Assembly (NCBI GenBank): GCA_035477595.1 | Contig: DATIKM010000033.1 | Coordinates: 3,639 to 67,638, forward strand | Direction of reading: 5' to 3' | Source of the DNA: Chthonomonadales bacterium | Lineage (GTDB): Bacteria > Armatimonadota > Chthonomonadetes > Chthonomonadales > CAJBBX01 | Length of the DNA stretch: 64,000 nt | Program-made: the position numbers and the translations under genes | The notes under the pieces: generated by a model | The model's input: only the letters and a program-made list of their open reading frames with translations | The model's database searches: none | Told to the model about the DNA's origin: nothing | Part shown: piece after piece, positions 47,998-56,852 of the stretch | Layout: the number at the start of each line of letters is the position of its first letter | How positions within the stretch are numbered: the stretch's first letter is position 1

Positions 47998-48652
47998 TGA
48001 CAGTGCCGAATGGGAGGCAACCACGCGCGCTCTGATTGTTGCGAACGGTGTCGCGCCTCCGGCCGCCTACCTGCGCCGCCTGGCGGAGGCTGCAGACCTT
48101 GTGGTCGGTACCGACGGCGGAGCGCTGAAGGCGCTGCGGGCAGGCGTCCCGCCACACATCGTGCTGGGCGACATGGACTCGCTTCCTGCGGATCGCAGGG
48201 AGCAGCTGGCTGGAGCCCAGTGGGTTGCGGCGCCCGATCAGGAGGCGAGCGACCTTGAGAAGGCCGTCCATCACTGCGTGGACCTCGGGGCGACGGAGAT
48301 CCGGATGGCGGCTGCCGGCGGGGGGCGCATAGACCATCTGCTCGCTGCATATTCGGTGATGGTTGGCATGGCCGGGCGCGTGGACGTACGCCTCTGTGAG
48401 CCGCGCGCCGAGGCGATGGCCGTGGCTGGCGACGCAGCGATCTACGGCGCTGCGGGCAATACGCTGTCGCTGGTTGCGATGGCCCCTGTGCGGAGCGTCT
48501 GGCTCGACGGGGTTCGGTGGCCCCTGAGGGACGAGGCCCTCCTGCCCGGCTCGCGCGGAGTGAGCAACCGGATGGAGACCGGCATTGCGCGGCTTCGGGT
48601 CGAGGGAGGCACGCTCATCGTGTGCCGCCTGTGGTCGGGGCGCGGCGGGTGA
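47909..48652 (+). CDS. thiN: Thiamine pyrophosphokinase (start codon unresolved)
   Basis: 'ALIVANG', 'VLGDMDS', 'DQEASDLEKA' and 'GGGRIDH'. The only in-frame start is TTG 47909, which overlaps the upstream gene by 89 nt. See the finding on an alternative ATG at 47997. Confidence 0.7.
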   Translation: MIVRSCAPPADGAENGIRPPASSSTGSAIDDSAEWEATTRALIVANGVAPPAAYLRRLAEAADLVVGTDGGALKALRAGVPPHIVLGDMDSLPADRREQLAGAQWVAAPDQEASDLEKAVHHCVDLGATEIRMAAAGGGRIDHLLAAYSVMVGMAGRVDVRLCEPRAEAMAVAGDAAIYGAAGNTLSLVAMAPVRSVWLDGVRWPLRDEALLPGSRGVSNRMETGIARLRVEGGTLIVCRLWSGRGG

Positions 48653-50094
48653 GCCGCCTGTCGCTCGCGCCGCTGGACATCGCGCTCATTGGCTCCTACC
48701 TGATCGCGTTGATGGTGGTAGGCTTCTGGAGAAGGCGGACGTCGGCAGACGACTACCTCATCGCGTCGCGCTCGCTCAGCCTGCCGGTATTCGTTGCGAC
48801 GTTGGTGGCCACATGGTACGGCGGTATCCTCGCGATCGGCGAGTTCACCTACGGGATGGGCCTGCTGAACTGGACGACGCAGGCCCTGCCGTACTACCTG
48901 TGCGCCGTGGCGTTCGCGCTGTTACTGGCGCCGCGCATCAGGCAGGCGGCGCTCCTCACGATCCCCGACAAGCTAGAGCGCGACTACGGGCGTGGCGCCG
49001 CCGTTCTGGGCGCCGTGTGCGCGTTCATCTTGTGCTCGCCAGCGCCCTATGTGCTGATGATAGGCCACCTCGTCGTCATGCTCACCGGTTGGCCGCTGTT
49101 ACCGGCGATCGTGGCGGGCACGCTGGCATCTGTGCTGTACGTCTATGCTGGTGGGTTCCGTGCTGACGTCCGCATCAACGTCCTTCAGTTCGTGCTCATG
49201 TTCGCCGGCTTCGGCATCACCGTGGCCATCTGCGCCACCCAGCTCGGCGGATACACGTGGCTCGTCGAGAACCTCCCGCCGGACCACCTGCGTCTCGACG
49301 GTGGCCAGGACGCGGCGTTTGTCGGCGTGTGGTTCATGATCGCCCTCTGGACCTTTGTCGACCCCGGCTTCCACCAGCGCTGCTACGCCGCGCGAACGCC
49401 CTCCATCGCGCGAAACGGCGTGCTGATAGCTGTCGTGTGCTGGGCGACCTTCGACCTCCTGACGACCACAACGGGTCTCTACGCACGTGCTGCTATACCG
49501 AACCTGCCGCCGGAGCAGCACGGCTACGCCTTCCCGATGCTGGCGGAACACGTTCTCCCCGCCGGCGTTCGGGGAGTCTTCATCGTGGCGATGCTCGCGA
49601 CGGTCATGTCAACTGTGGTGTCGTACACGTTCCTGGCTGCGCTCACGATCGGGAGAGATGCCCTCTGGCGCCTCAGTCACCATCGCGACGAGTCGCGGGT
49701 CACTGCCTACACGCGCGGAGGCATGGTGCTCGCTGCCTGCTGGTCGGTGGCCATCGCCCTCCTGGTACCATCTGCCGTACGCCAGTGGTACATGCTGGCG
49801 ACCGTGGTCGTGCCCGGATTGCTGCTGCCAGTGCTGAGCGGGTATTTCCCCGCACTGCGCATTTCGCCCCGGATGGCGGCGACGGCGATCGTCGCGGGGT
49901 CGGGCACGTCCACCGCGTGCCTTGTGTCGGGCTGGCTCACCTCCCCGCAGGGCATCTACGCGGTCACGGCAGACTTCCCGCTCGGTATGCAGCCAATGGC
50001 GCCGGGCCTGCTCGCATCGGCAGGTGTCTTCGCCGCCGGCCTCATGTCGCGCGTCATCGCGGCGCGCCGCTCCGGGGGCCGCGGCATGCCGTAG
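48649..50094 (+). CDS. Sodium:solute symporter (SSS) family permease
   Basis: 'DYLIASRSLSLPVFVATLVATWYGGILAIGE' plus about 12 hydrophobic segments. GTG 48649 forms a GTGA overlap with the TPK stop. Confidence 0.8.
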   Translation: MSRLSLAPLDIALIGSYLIALMVVGFWRRRTSADDYLIASRSLSLPVFVATLVATWYGGILAIGEFTYGMGLLNWTTQALPYYLCAVAFALLLAPRIRQAALLTIPDKLERDYGRGAAVLGAVCAFILCSPAPYVLMIGHLVVMLTGWPLLPAIVAGTLASVLYVYAGGFRADVRINVLQFVLMFAGFGITVAICATQLGGYTWLVENLPPDHLRLDGGQDAAFVGVWFMIALWTFVDPGFHQRCYAARTPSIARNGVLIAVVCWATFDLLTTTTGLYARAAIPNLPPEQHGYAFPMLAEHVLPAGVRGVFIVAMLATVMSTVVSYTFLAALTIGRDALWRLSHHRDESRVTAYTRGGMVLAACWSVAIALLVPSAVRQWYMLATVVVPGLLLPVLSGYFPALRISPRMAATAIVAGSGTSTACLVSGWLTSPQGIYAVTADFPLGMQPMAPGLLASAGVFAAGLMSRVIAARRSGGRGMP

Positions 50095-50130
50095 GGGTGT
50101 TGCATAGCGGTTGTGAGGAGGAGGGCGCAC

Positions 50131-51156
50131 ATGCTCCGGCTGGGAGTGATCGGCGCAGGGTGGTTCGTGTCGCGACGGCATCTTCCGGATGCGGCTCGCT
50201 GTGACGATGTGCAGGTGGCGGCGCTCTGCAGGCGCGACCTCGCCCCACTCAGGCGGGTGAGGGATGCCCTGGCCCCGGAGGCCGCGCTCCACCGGGACTG
50301 GCGGGAGATGCTCGACGCTGGCGGCCTGGACGCGGTGCTTATTGCCACGCCGCATGCCCTGCACTACGAGCAGGCCAGCGAGGCGCTGGAGCGCGGGCTC
50401 CATGTGCTCCTGGAGAAGCCGATGGCCATCACGAGCGCCGAAGCGCACGCGCTGGCGGCATCTGCAGCAAGCCGCGGCCTCACACTTGCGGTTGCGCTGA
50501 ACCCGCCGCACTGGGCCCACTGCCACAGGATGCGCGCCCTGGTGCGGGAGGGTGCTCTCGGAGAGGTGGAATCCGTGAGCATGCTCTGGACCGGGAACGC
50601 CGACTACGTCTTCGGCGATGCACCGGCCCCCAGAGGACTGCCCGGCGTGGTGCCGCCCACCATGTACCGCGCCGATCCCAGTCTCTGCGGCGGCGGCTAC
50701 CTGATGGACGGCGGACCGCATCTCGTCTCCGAGGTCCTCTGGGTGACCGGGCAACGCGCCGTCGAGGTTGCCTGCCAGATGGACTCCACACCGCGCGACC
50801 GCCGCGCGACGGTGTCGCTGCGGCTCGCGGCAGGAGCGCTGGCCACCATCTCGAGTGTGGGGAACAGCCGGTTTGGAGATCGGCGTGTGCTGAACGTCTT
50901 CGCTGGCTCCGCGGGCACGTTGCGGGTCGAGGGCTTCGACTTCCGCGTCCGCTGCGAGCGAGCAGGGGCGCCAGTCGAGGAGTTCACCGAGGCCGGGCTG
51001 CCCGCTGTCGCGGGGCCGCTCCGCAACTTCGTGGACGCGACGCTCTACGGCGCGGAACTGCACAGCCCGGCTGCACACGGGGTCCACGTGACGGAGGTGC
51101 TGGAGGCTGCCTATCTGTCGGCGTCGGAGGGCAGAGCCGTCCGCCTTCGCACCTGA
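50131..51156 (+). CDS. Gfo/Idh/MocA-family NAD(P)-dependent oxidoreductase
   Basis: 'LRLGVIGAGWFVSRRHLP' Rossmann start and 'LLEKPMA'. ATG 50131 with GAGGAGGAGG upstream. Confidence 0.75.
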   Translation: MLRLGVIGAGWFVSRRHLPDAARCDDVQVAALCRRDLAPLRRVRDALAPEAALHRDWREMLDAGGLDAVLIATPHALHYEQASEALERGLHVLLEKPMAITSAEAHALAASAASRGLTLAVALNPPHWAHCHRMRALVREGALGEVESVSMLWTGNADYVFGDAPAPRGLPGVVPPTMYRADPSLCGGGYLMDGGPHLVSEVLWVTGQRAVEVACQMDSTPRDRRATVSLRLAAGALATISSVGNSRFGDRRVLNVFAGSAGTLRVEGFDFRVRCERAGAPVEEFTEAGLPAVAGPLRNFVDATLYGAELHSPAAHGVHVTEVLEAAYLSASEGRAVRLRT

Positions 51157-51163
51157 GGGCTCG

Positions 51164-52120
51164 CTACGCGACCGCAGGCTCCAGGACCGTGAGCGTGCGC
51201 GCACCAGCGTCGAGCTCGGCCCAGCACCCCAGAGGAAGCGTGAGCGGATCGCGCACGTGTCCGAACGGGAGTCCGGCAATGGCGGGTCTGCCGAGACTGC
51301 CAATCCGCTCGCGCCATACGTCGCCGATCCCGTGTGGCGCACTGACGTCGTCGGCCGTCGGGTCCGACCCCGGCGCTGGGGAGACGGTGCCGATCACGAA
51401 GCCGGCCGCGCATGCCAGTAGCCCGGCTCGATGCATCTGCAGCAGCATGCGGTCGATGCGGTACGGGTCCTCGCCGACGTCCTCGAGTAGCACGATGCGC
51501 CCACGGAAGTCCGGCTCCTCTGGCGTGCCTACTGCAGCAGCCAACAGCGAGATGCACCCTCCCGCCAGTGGTCCGCGCACCACGCCGGATGCCACGGTGC
51601 ACAACTGATCGCGGCACACTGGGAGAACGCCCGGAGGGGATGGGTGCTCCACGGTTCGCCAGAACGAGTCTCTCGCCGTTGCCGAGAGCTCCCCGCCCAG
51701 GTTAACCACCATCGGGCCATGGATCGTCGGGTACCGGCCATGGCGCGCGAAGGCAAGATGAAGTGTGGTGACGTCGCTGAAGCCGACGAACACCTTGGGG
51801 TGGGACACAACAGTGCACCAATCGACCATGCCGACCATCCGACAGGCGCCGTACCCGCCGCGCGCGCAGAAGATGGCGTGGACGTCGTCACGTTCGAACA
51901 GACGGTTGAGGTCGCGGGCCCGGGCTGCATCGGAGCCGGCAACGAAGCCCACGCGGTCGTAGAGATGGTCGCCCTCGATGACTCTATAGCCCCGCTCGCG
52001 GATCGCCTCGATGCCGCGGGCCAGGCGATCGTCTCGCACGCCGCTGGAGGGCGCGATGACGGCGATGCTGTCGCCGGGCGTCAATCGCCGCGGCAGGACA
52101 TTGCACTGCGCGGCGGTCAC
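51164..52120 (-). CDS. S66-family LD-carboxypeptidase
   Basis: 'GDSIAVIAPSSGV' and 'GFSDVTTLH' (nucleophile Ser). Confidence 0.75.
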   Translation of the reverse strand: MTAAQCNVLPRRLTPGDSIAVIAPSSGVRDDRLARGIEAIRERGYRVIEGDHLYDRVGFVAGSDAARARDLNRLFERDDVHAIFCARGGYGACRMVGMVDWCTVVSHPKVFVGFSDVTTLHLAFARHGRYPTIHGPMVVNLGGELSATARDSFWRTVEHPSPPGVLPVCRDQLCTVASGVVRGPLAGGCISLLAAAVGTPEEPDFRGRIVLLEDVGEDPYRIDRMLLQMHRAGLLACAAGFVIGTVSPAPGSDPTADDVSAPHGIGDVWRERIGSLGRPAIAGLPFGHVRDPLTLPLGCWAELDAGARTLTVLEPAVA

Positions 52121-53172
52121 GGCCAGGTTGCGGTGGAAGCCACCCGGATCGGCGTTCCATCACCGCGGTACAGGCGGGTCACGGTGCGCTTGCCGAGGAC
52201 CTCGGTCACCACGAGGTGCGTGCCGTCCGGCGCCCAGGCCATGCGAAGGTCCACGCCGGGCTCGCGAGAGGGTGCACTGCGATGCACGAGGCGAGCGCCT
52301 GTGCCGTTAAGGGCCATGACGTAGGCAGCGCGCGAGGAGGCGCCCCTCTCGCCCGCGTACGTCACGGTGATCGCAAGCCGCTGTCCGCGCGGAGAGATGG
52401 CCGCCGAGTCTATCGAGCGAGGCGCCCTGCGTGGGTTGGGGTTGATGGCCCCGACGCGAAACGGGAAGGGCAGCTTGCGGACCGTCCGCGACCGGAGGTC
52501 GTAGCGGTAGACGGATGCCAGGATGAATCGGGTATTGGGCCCTTTGCGGACCCACGTTACGGCGCGGCCATCCGGGCTCACCCGCATGCCTATCACGTCT
52601 CCGGTGGTGGTGATGCGGTGGGTCTCGTTCCCCTCGATGTGGTAGAGGTTCCGATCGAAGCCAAGGAGCACGATGCCGTCCGTGCCAGCGACGTAGGCGA
52701 CAGACGTGTTGTCCGGCGTGATCGGCTCGGGCGCTTCCCTGTTCTCCTGCGTGATGCCACTCTCCACCAGGTTGTACCACACCCAGCGACCGACGCCATC
52801 GCGCTCGTAGCGGCACACGAAGCGCAGCCCATCCTCCCGCCACGCGAAAGGCGGACGGAAGCCGGCGGGCATCGCGGTCGTCCGGCCCGTGGTCAGATCG
52901 TGCAGGTGCAGCCGGCCAGGGGTCGACGCGGTGCGAGCAGCATCCAGTGCATAGAACGCGAGATGCCGCCCGTCGGGCGACCATGAAGGTGCGAGGCAGG
53001 GCTCCCTGGGGCCGACCAACTGCACTTCGCCGCTCCCGACCTCCTGCAGTGCCATACCGGACGGCGTCCCGATAGCGACCCGCGTGCCATCCGGTGAAAA
53101 GTCGGCAACGGAGACGCACCCGGAGATGCATGGCAGCAGCGCCATCACCCACAGCACCTTCAGCCCTCTCAT
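52117..53172 (-). CDS. TolB-like beta-propeller lipoprotein
   Basis: Lipobox 'LLPCISGC' and repeated 'SPDG' blades ('FSPDGTRVA', 'WSPDGRHLAF', 'VSPDGRAV', 'WAPDGTHL'). The start is ATG 53172. Confidence 0.6.
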   Translation of the reverse strand: MRGLKVLWVMALLPCISGCVSVADFSPDGTRVAIGTPSGMALQEVGSGEVQLVGPREPCLAPSWSPDGRHLAFYALDAARTASTPGRLHLHDLTTGRTTAMPAGFRPPFAWREDGLRFVCRYERDGVGRWVWYNLVESGITQENREAPEPITPDNTSVAYVAGTDGIVLLGFDRNLYHIEGNETHRITTTGDVIGMRVSPDGRAVTWVRKGPNTRFILASVYRYDLRSRTVRKLPFPFRVGAINPNPRRAPRSIDSAAISPRGQRLAITVTYAGERGASSRAAYVMALNGTGARLVHRSAPSREPGVDLRMAWAPDGTHLVVTEVLGKRTVTRLYRGDGTPIRVASTATWP

Positions 53173-53215
53173 CGGCAGCCCTCCCGTGTTCGTCCTGGTC
53201 CGCGCGCGCCGGTTG

Positions 53216-53431
53216 TCATTCCACAGACTCTGGCGGAAACCCCGCCGCTGCCAGCGCCTTCGACAGCTCCAGCGCGCCAACCGCGGCGGCGTCATAGGAG
53301 ACCCGGACTAGCCTGCGGTCGACGTCCACGTCGACGGCGGCAACTCCCGCACGCTTCGCGAGGACGCGCCGGATGGACCCCGCGCAACCCTCGCATCGGA
53401 TGTCGGGCACGTCGAACGTGACATCATCCAC
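53216..53431 (-). CDS. Heavy-metal-associated (HMA) domain protein, CopZ-like
   Basis: 'FDVPDIRCEGCAGSIRRVL' CxxC motif in a 71-aa protein. GTG 53431 with GGAGAGGAGG upstream. Confidence 0.65.
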   Translation of the reverse strand: MDDVTFDVPDIRCEGCAGSIRRVLAKRAGVAAVDVDVDRRLVRVSYDAAAVGALELSKALAAAGFPPESVE

Positions 53432-53454
53432 AACGGGCCTCCTCTCCGGCGAAC

Positions 53455-54225
53455 CTAGTCGAGTCGGTCTACAACCTGCACGCCGTTCAGGTGCATATGA
53501 TACAGGAAGACGGCGTGGAAGAAGTCGCCCGGGTGGGCGGGTATGCCCAACTGGCGTGCCTGCTCCACGGGTACGTCGTACGTCGCCACACAGTCGGCGG
53601 GGACGACGACGGGGTCCATCGCGTTCCGGACGTTGGCGGTCAGCTTCAGGTGCATCGCAAGCTGGTAGGTGCAGAGGTCGGTGCAGTTCCCGACAACAAC
53701 CCGGTGCGTAACATGCGGGTGTGCGGCCAGCCATGCGTCGAGCCCGGTGCATACAGAGCTGCTGATGGACCGCTTGGGGATCACCGTGAACAGGTCGGAA
53801 AACGGCAGGCGCAGGAGCTCGGGAACGGTCTGCGCTTCGGACGTGCCGCGCACGCAGTGTACGGGGTAGTCCGAGAACTCCGCCGCGTCCACGGGGTGCT
53901 CATCCTGAGGGAGCACGAAGTGACGCACCCCCTGCACGTAGCATCGCTCGAAGAGCGACACGATGGGATCTATGATGGATCGCACACGGTCGCTCTGAAG
54001 CTGCCCCTCGTGGCAGAAGCCATTAAGGAGGTCCACGCAGAAGACGGCCACGTGGTCGGGTGTGTCGGCCCTCCCGATGAGCTCCTCGAGCGGCATAGTG
54101 CGCAGGTCCATGCGCCAGTGCTGAAGGTAGTCCGCGAACTCCGTAACGTGGACCGTAGGTATGGGGAACGGTATTGCGCTCACAGATGCTCTCCAGATCG
54201 CAGGCGCTTCGCGGGCGTCGGCCAC
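53455..54225 (-). CDS. Isochorismatase-family cysteine hydrolase
   Basis: 'VAVFCVDLLNGF' and 'VVVGNCTDLCTYQ' (catalytic Cys). The start is uncertain; an internal Met 'MDLRTMPLEE' is possible. Confidence 0.65.
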   Translation of the reverse strand: MADAREAPAIWRASVSAIPFPIPTVHVTEFADYLQHWRMDLRTMPLEELIGRADTPDHVAVFCVDLLNGFCHEGQLQSDRVRSIIDPIVSLFERCYVQGVRHFVLPQDEHPVDAAEFSDYPVHCVRGTSEAQTVPELLRLPFSDLFTVIPKRSISSSVCTGLDAWLAAHPHVTHRVVVGNCTDLCTYQLAMHLKLTANVRNAMDPVVVPADCVATYDVPVEQARQLGIPAHPGDFFHAVFLYHMHLNGVQVVDRLD

Positions 54226-54274
54226 GCGCCTTGCGTATTCGCGATGGTGGCTGCGAATCCTTGCAGACAGTGCC

Positions 54275-54304
54275 TTGTGACCCCTCGCAACGCTCCGCTA
54301 TAAT
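54275..54304 (+). promoter_or_regulatory. Candidate sigma70-type promoter abutting the selA start
   Basis: TTGTGA (54275-54280), an 18-nt spacer, then TATAAT (54299-54304). The -10 ends 6 nt before the selA GTG. Confidence 0.45.
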
Positions 54305-54310
54305 GCTTGC

Positions 54311-55753
54311 GTGAAAGAGTCACCTCCCCTCGATGCCCGGGCCGGCATCCCGTCCGTCGGCCGGCTTCTCCACCATCCTCGCGTCGGGGAGTGGGTAGTG
54401 AGGCGCGGGCGCGCGGCCGTGGTGAGCGCCCTGAGGGATGCCATTGGAGCCGTCCGCCGAGCGGCACAGGCTGGTGATCCCGTGGCCAGCGCCGTGGAGG
54501 TGGTCGACTCTGCGGTCGAGCGCCTCCGGCACGCGGAGCGCCCCTCCTTGCGGCCGGCGATCAACGCCACCGGCATCATCCTGCACACAGGCCTCGGGCG
54601 AGCTGCACTCGCCCCCGCGGCGCGCGAAGCAGTCTCTCGCGCCATGGGCCACTGCATCGTTGAGATCGACGAGGACAGCGGGAGGCGCGGATCCAGGCAG
54701 CGCCACGTGCGTGGGCTTCTCTGCGAGCTAACGGGCGCCGAGTCGGCGCTCGTGGTCAACAACAACGCGGCGGCTGTGCTTCTGGCGGTGGCCGCGCTGG
54801 CTCGGGGTCGCGAGGCAGTCGTCTCGCGCGGCGAGCTGGTGGAGATTGGCGGAGCGTTTCGCATGCCGGACATTGTTGCGGCTGGCGGCGCGTCGCTGGT
54901 TGAAGTCGGCACGACGAACCGCACGCGCCTCTCCGACTACGAGCAGGCGCTCACGGACCGCACCGCGCTCATCGTGCGCTGTCACCCGAGCAACTTCCGC
55001 GTGGTCGGCTTCACCGAGGAGGCGCCCACACGGGATCTGGCGTGCCTTGCGGCTCGCTTCGACGCCTGCTTGCTCAACGACCTCGGGAGCGGAGCCCTGA
55101 TCGCTCCCGGGGTAGACGGGCTGGCGCCCGTCGAGACGCTCCGCGACGCTGTCGCCGCGACGCCGGCCGGACTCGTCACCGCCAGTGGCGACAAGCTGCT
55201 GGGCGGACCCCAGTGTGGCCTGATTCTGGGACCAGCGTCGGTCGTGGACCGCCTGGCGCGACACCCGATGGCGCGCGCGGTTCGTGTGGACAAGATGACG
55301 CTGGCTGCCCTTGAGGCGACACTGCGGCTCTACCGCGACCCACGGATGGCTCGCGCGTCGGTACCGACACTGCGGTACATCGAGCGCACGCCTGCTGAGG
55401 TGTCTCGCCTTGCGCGCCGACTGCGCCGGGGCTTGGTCTCGGCTCTGGGCGCCGGCAACTGGGTCTCGCTAGCGCGCAGTCACTCGCAGATAGGCGGGGG
55501 GTCTCTCCCGGGCGAGCACCTGCCGACGACCTGCGTGCGCATCGATCCTGAACACTTCGGGCTCGACGAGGGAGCGCTCGCCGCGCAGCTTCGTGCGTCG
55601 GAACCCGCCGTGTGCGCGCGCACGCGTGAGGGAGGGGTGTGGCTCGACCCGCGCACCATGGAGCCGGATGAGATCGAGGACGTTGTGCGGGCGCTGTGCG
55701 TGATCGCGTCTGGCCCGCCCAAGACCACGGACACGGAGGGAGCCCGGCAATGA
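54311..55753 (+). CDS. selA: L-seryl-tRNA(Sec) selenium transferase
   Basis: 'PSVGRLLHHPRV', 'INATGIILHTGLGRA' and 'SGDKLLGGPQCG' (PLP Lys). Confidence 0.88.
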   Translation: MKESPPLDARAGIPSVGRLLHHPRVGEWVVRRGRAAVVSALRDAIGAVRRAAQAGDPVASAVEVVDSAVERLRHAERPSLRPAINATGIILHTGLGRAALAPAAREAVSRAMGHCIVEIDEDSGRRGSRQRHVRGLLCELTGAESALVVNNNAAAVLLAVAALARGREAVVSRGELVEIGGAFRMPDIVAAGGASLVEVGTTNRTRLSDYEQALTDRTALIVRCHPSNFRVVGFTEEAPTRDLACLAARFDACLLNDLGSGALIAPGVDGLAPVETLRDAVAATPAGLVTASGDKLLGGPQCGLILGPASVVDRLARHPMARAVRVDKMTLAALEATLRLYRDPRMARASVPTLRYIERTPAEVSRLARRLRRGLVSALGAGNWVSLARSHSQIGGGSLPGEHLPTTCVRIDPEHFGLDEGALAAQLRASEPAVCARTREGGVWLDPRTMEPDEIEDVVRALCVIASGPPKTTDTEGARQ

Positions 55754-56829
55754 GCGAGCCGCGGGACGAGCGCGAGCGCCTCAAGCGCCTGACGCACCTC
55801 GTTCGCTGCGCGGGGTGAGCGAGCAAACTGGGCCCAGCCCAGCTCGCGCACGTGCTGCGCGACCTCCAGGACCCGTCCGACCGGCACCTGCTCGTCGGCA
55901 TCGCTACAGGCGATGACGCCGGTGTGTACCAGCTCGATGCGGGCCCGGCTATCGTACAGACCGTGGACTTCTTCACGCCTATCGTCGACGATCCGTATCT
56001 GTTCGGCAGGATAGCGGCGGCGAACGCCCTGTCCGACGTCTACGCAATGGGAGGCACGCCGGTCACGGCGCTGAACATCGCCTGCTTTCCCGCTACCGAA
56101 CGGGGCGTTGTGGAGTTGGCGGCGATCCTGCGAGGCGGATCGGATACGCTGGCGGCGGCAGGCGTAACGCTGCTCGGGGGACACACCGTCGACGACCCAG
56201 AACCCAAGTACGGCATGTGCGTAACCGGGGTTATCGACCCTGCGCACGTGGCGACGAACGCCGGAGCGCGCCCCGGGGACCGAGTGGTGCTGACGAAGCC
56301 GCTGGGGACCGGGGTTCTCACGACCGCTCGCAAGTTCGACGAGTGCCCGGAAGACGCATTCGATGCGGCGGTCGCCTCGATGATGGAGACGAACTCGAGC
56401 GCGGCCGCCGCGATGCGCGAGACCGGCATCGGGCCGGGTGGCGTGCACGCCGCCACGGACATCACAGGGTTCGGCCTCATCGGGCACCTCTATCAGCTCG
56501 CGAAAGCGAGCGGGGTGACCGTGGTCGTGCACGCTCGGGACGTTCCGCTCCTGCCTCATGCGGAGGCCCTAGCCGCCGCCGGCAACGTGACGCGTGCAGA
56601 GCGCGAGACGCCGGAGTACATGGGATCAGCGCTGGTAACCGGTTCCGGGGTGGCGAAGGCCCTCCGCAGCCTGCTGTTGGACCCGCAGACGTCTGGCGGC
56701 CTGGCAATATGCGTGGCAGCGGAAGCGGTTGGGCGCTTGATCGATGCCCTGAGGCGCCACGGAACGCGAGCGGCGGCGGTGGTGGGGCGCGTGGAGCGCA
56801 GCGATTCGCCAGCCGTGAGGGTAGAGTAG
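55750..56829 (+). CDS. selD: Selenide, water dikinase, selenocysteine-containing (in-frame UGA at 55816-55818)
   Basis: ATG 55750 forms an ATGA overlap with selA. It reads 'MSEPRDERERLKRLTHLVRCAG-U-ASKLGPAQLAHVL', continuous with the listed ORF at 55852. The U aligns with Cys17 and the K with Lys20 of E. coli SelD ('GAGCGCK'). Confidence 0.88.
55819..55847 (+). promoter_or_regulatory. Candidate bacterial SECIS hairpin
   Basis: It begins immediately 3' of the UGA: GCGAGC-aaac-TGGGC-cca-GCCCA-GCTCGC, giving 6+5 bp with an asymmetric internal loop. Confidence 0.55.
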
Positions 56830-56852
56830 GGAGGAACGCGCGCAAGCGCCAT

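Noticed and set aside
49609-51342. 577-aa ORF on the minus strand. Other long antisense ORFs fall in the same category (30807-32015, 32735-33820, 38491-39705, 39742-40905, 45517-46611, 55480-56559, 60781-61698).
   Set aside because: All of these run antisense to genes with strong family signatures and have low-complexity Arg-rich translations. They are not supported as genes.
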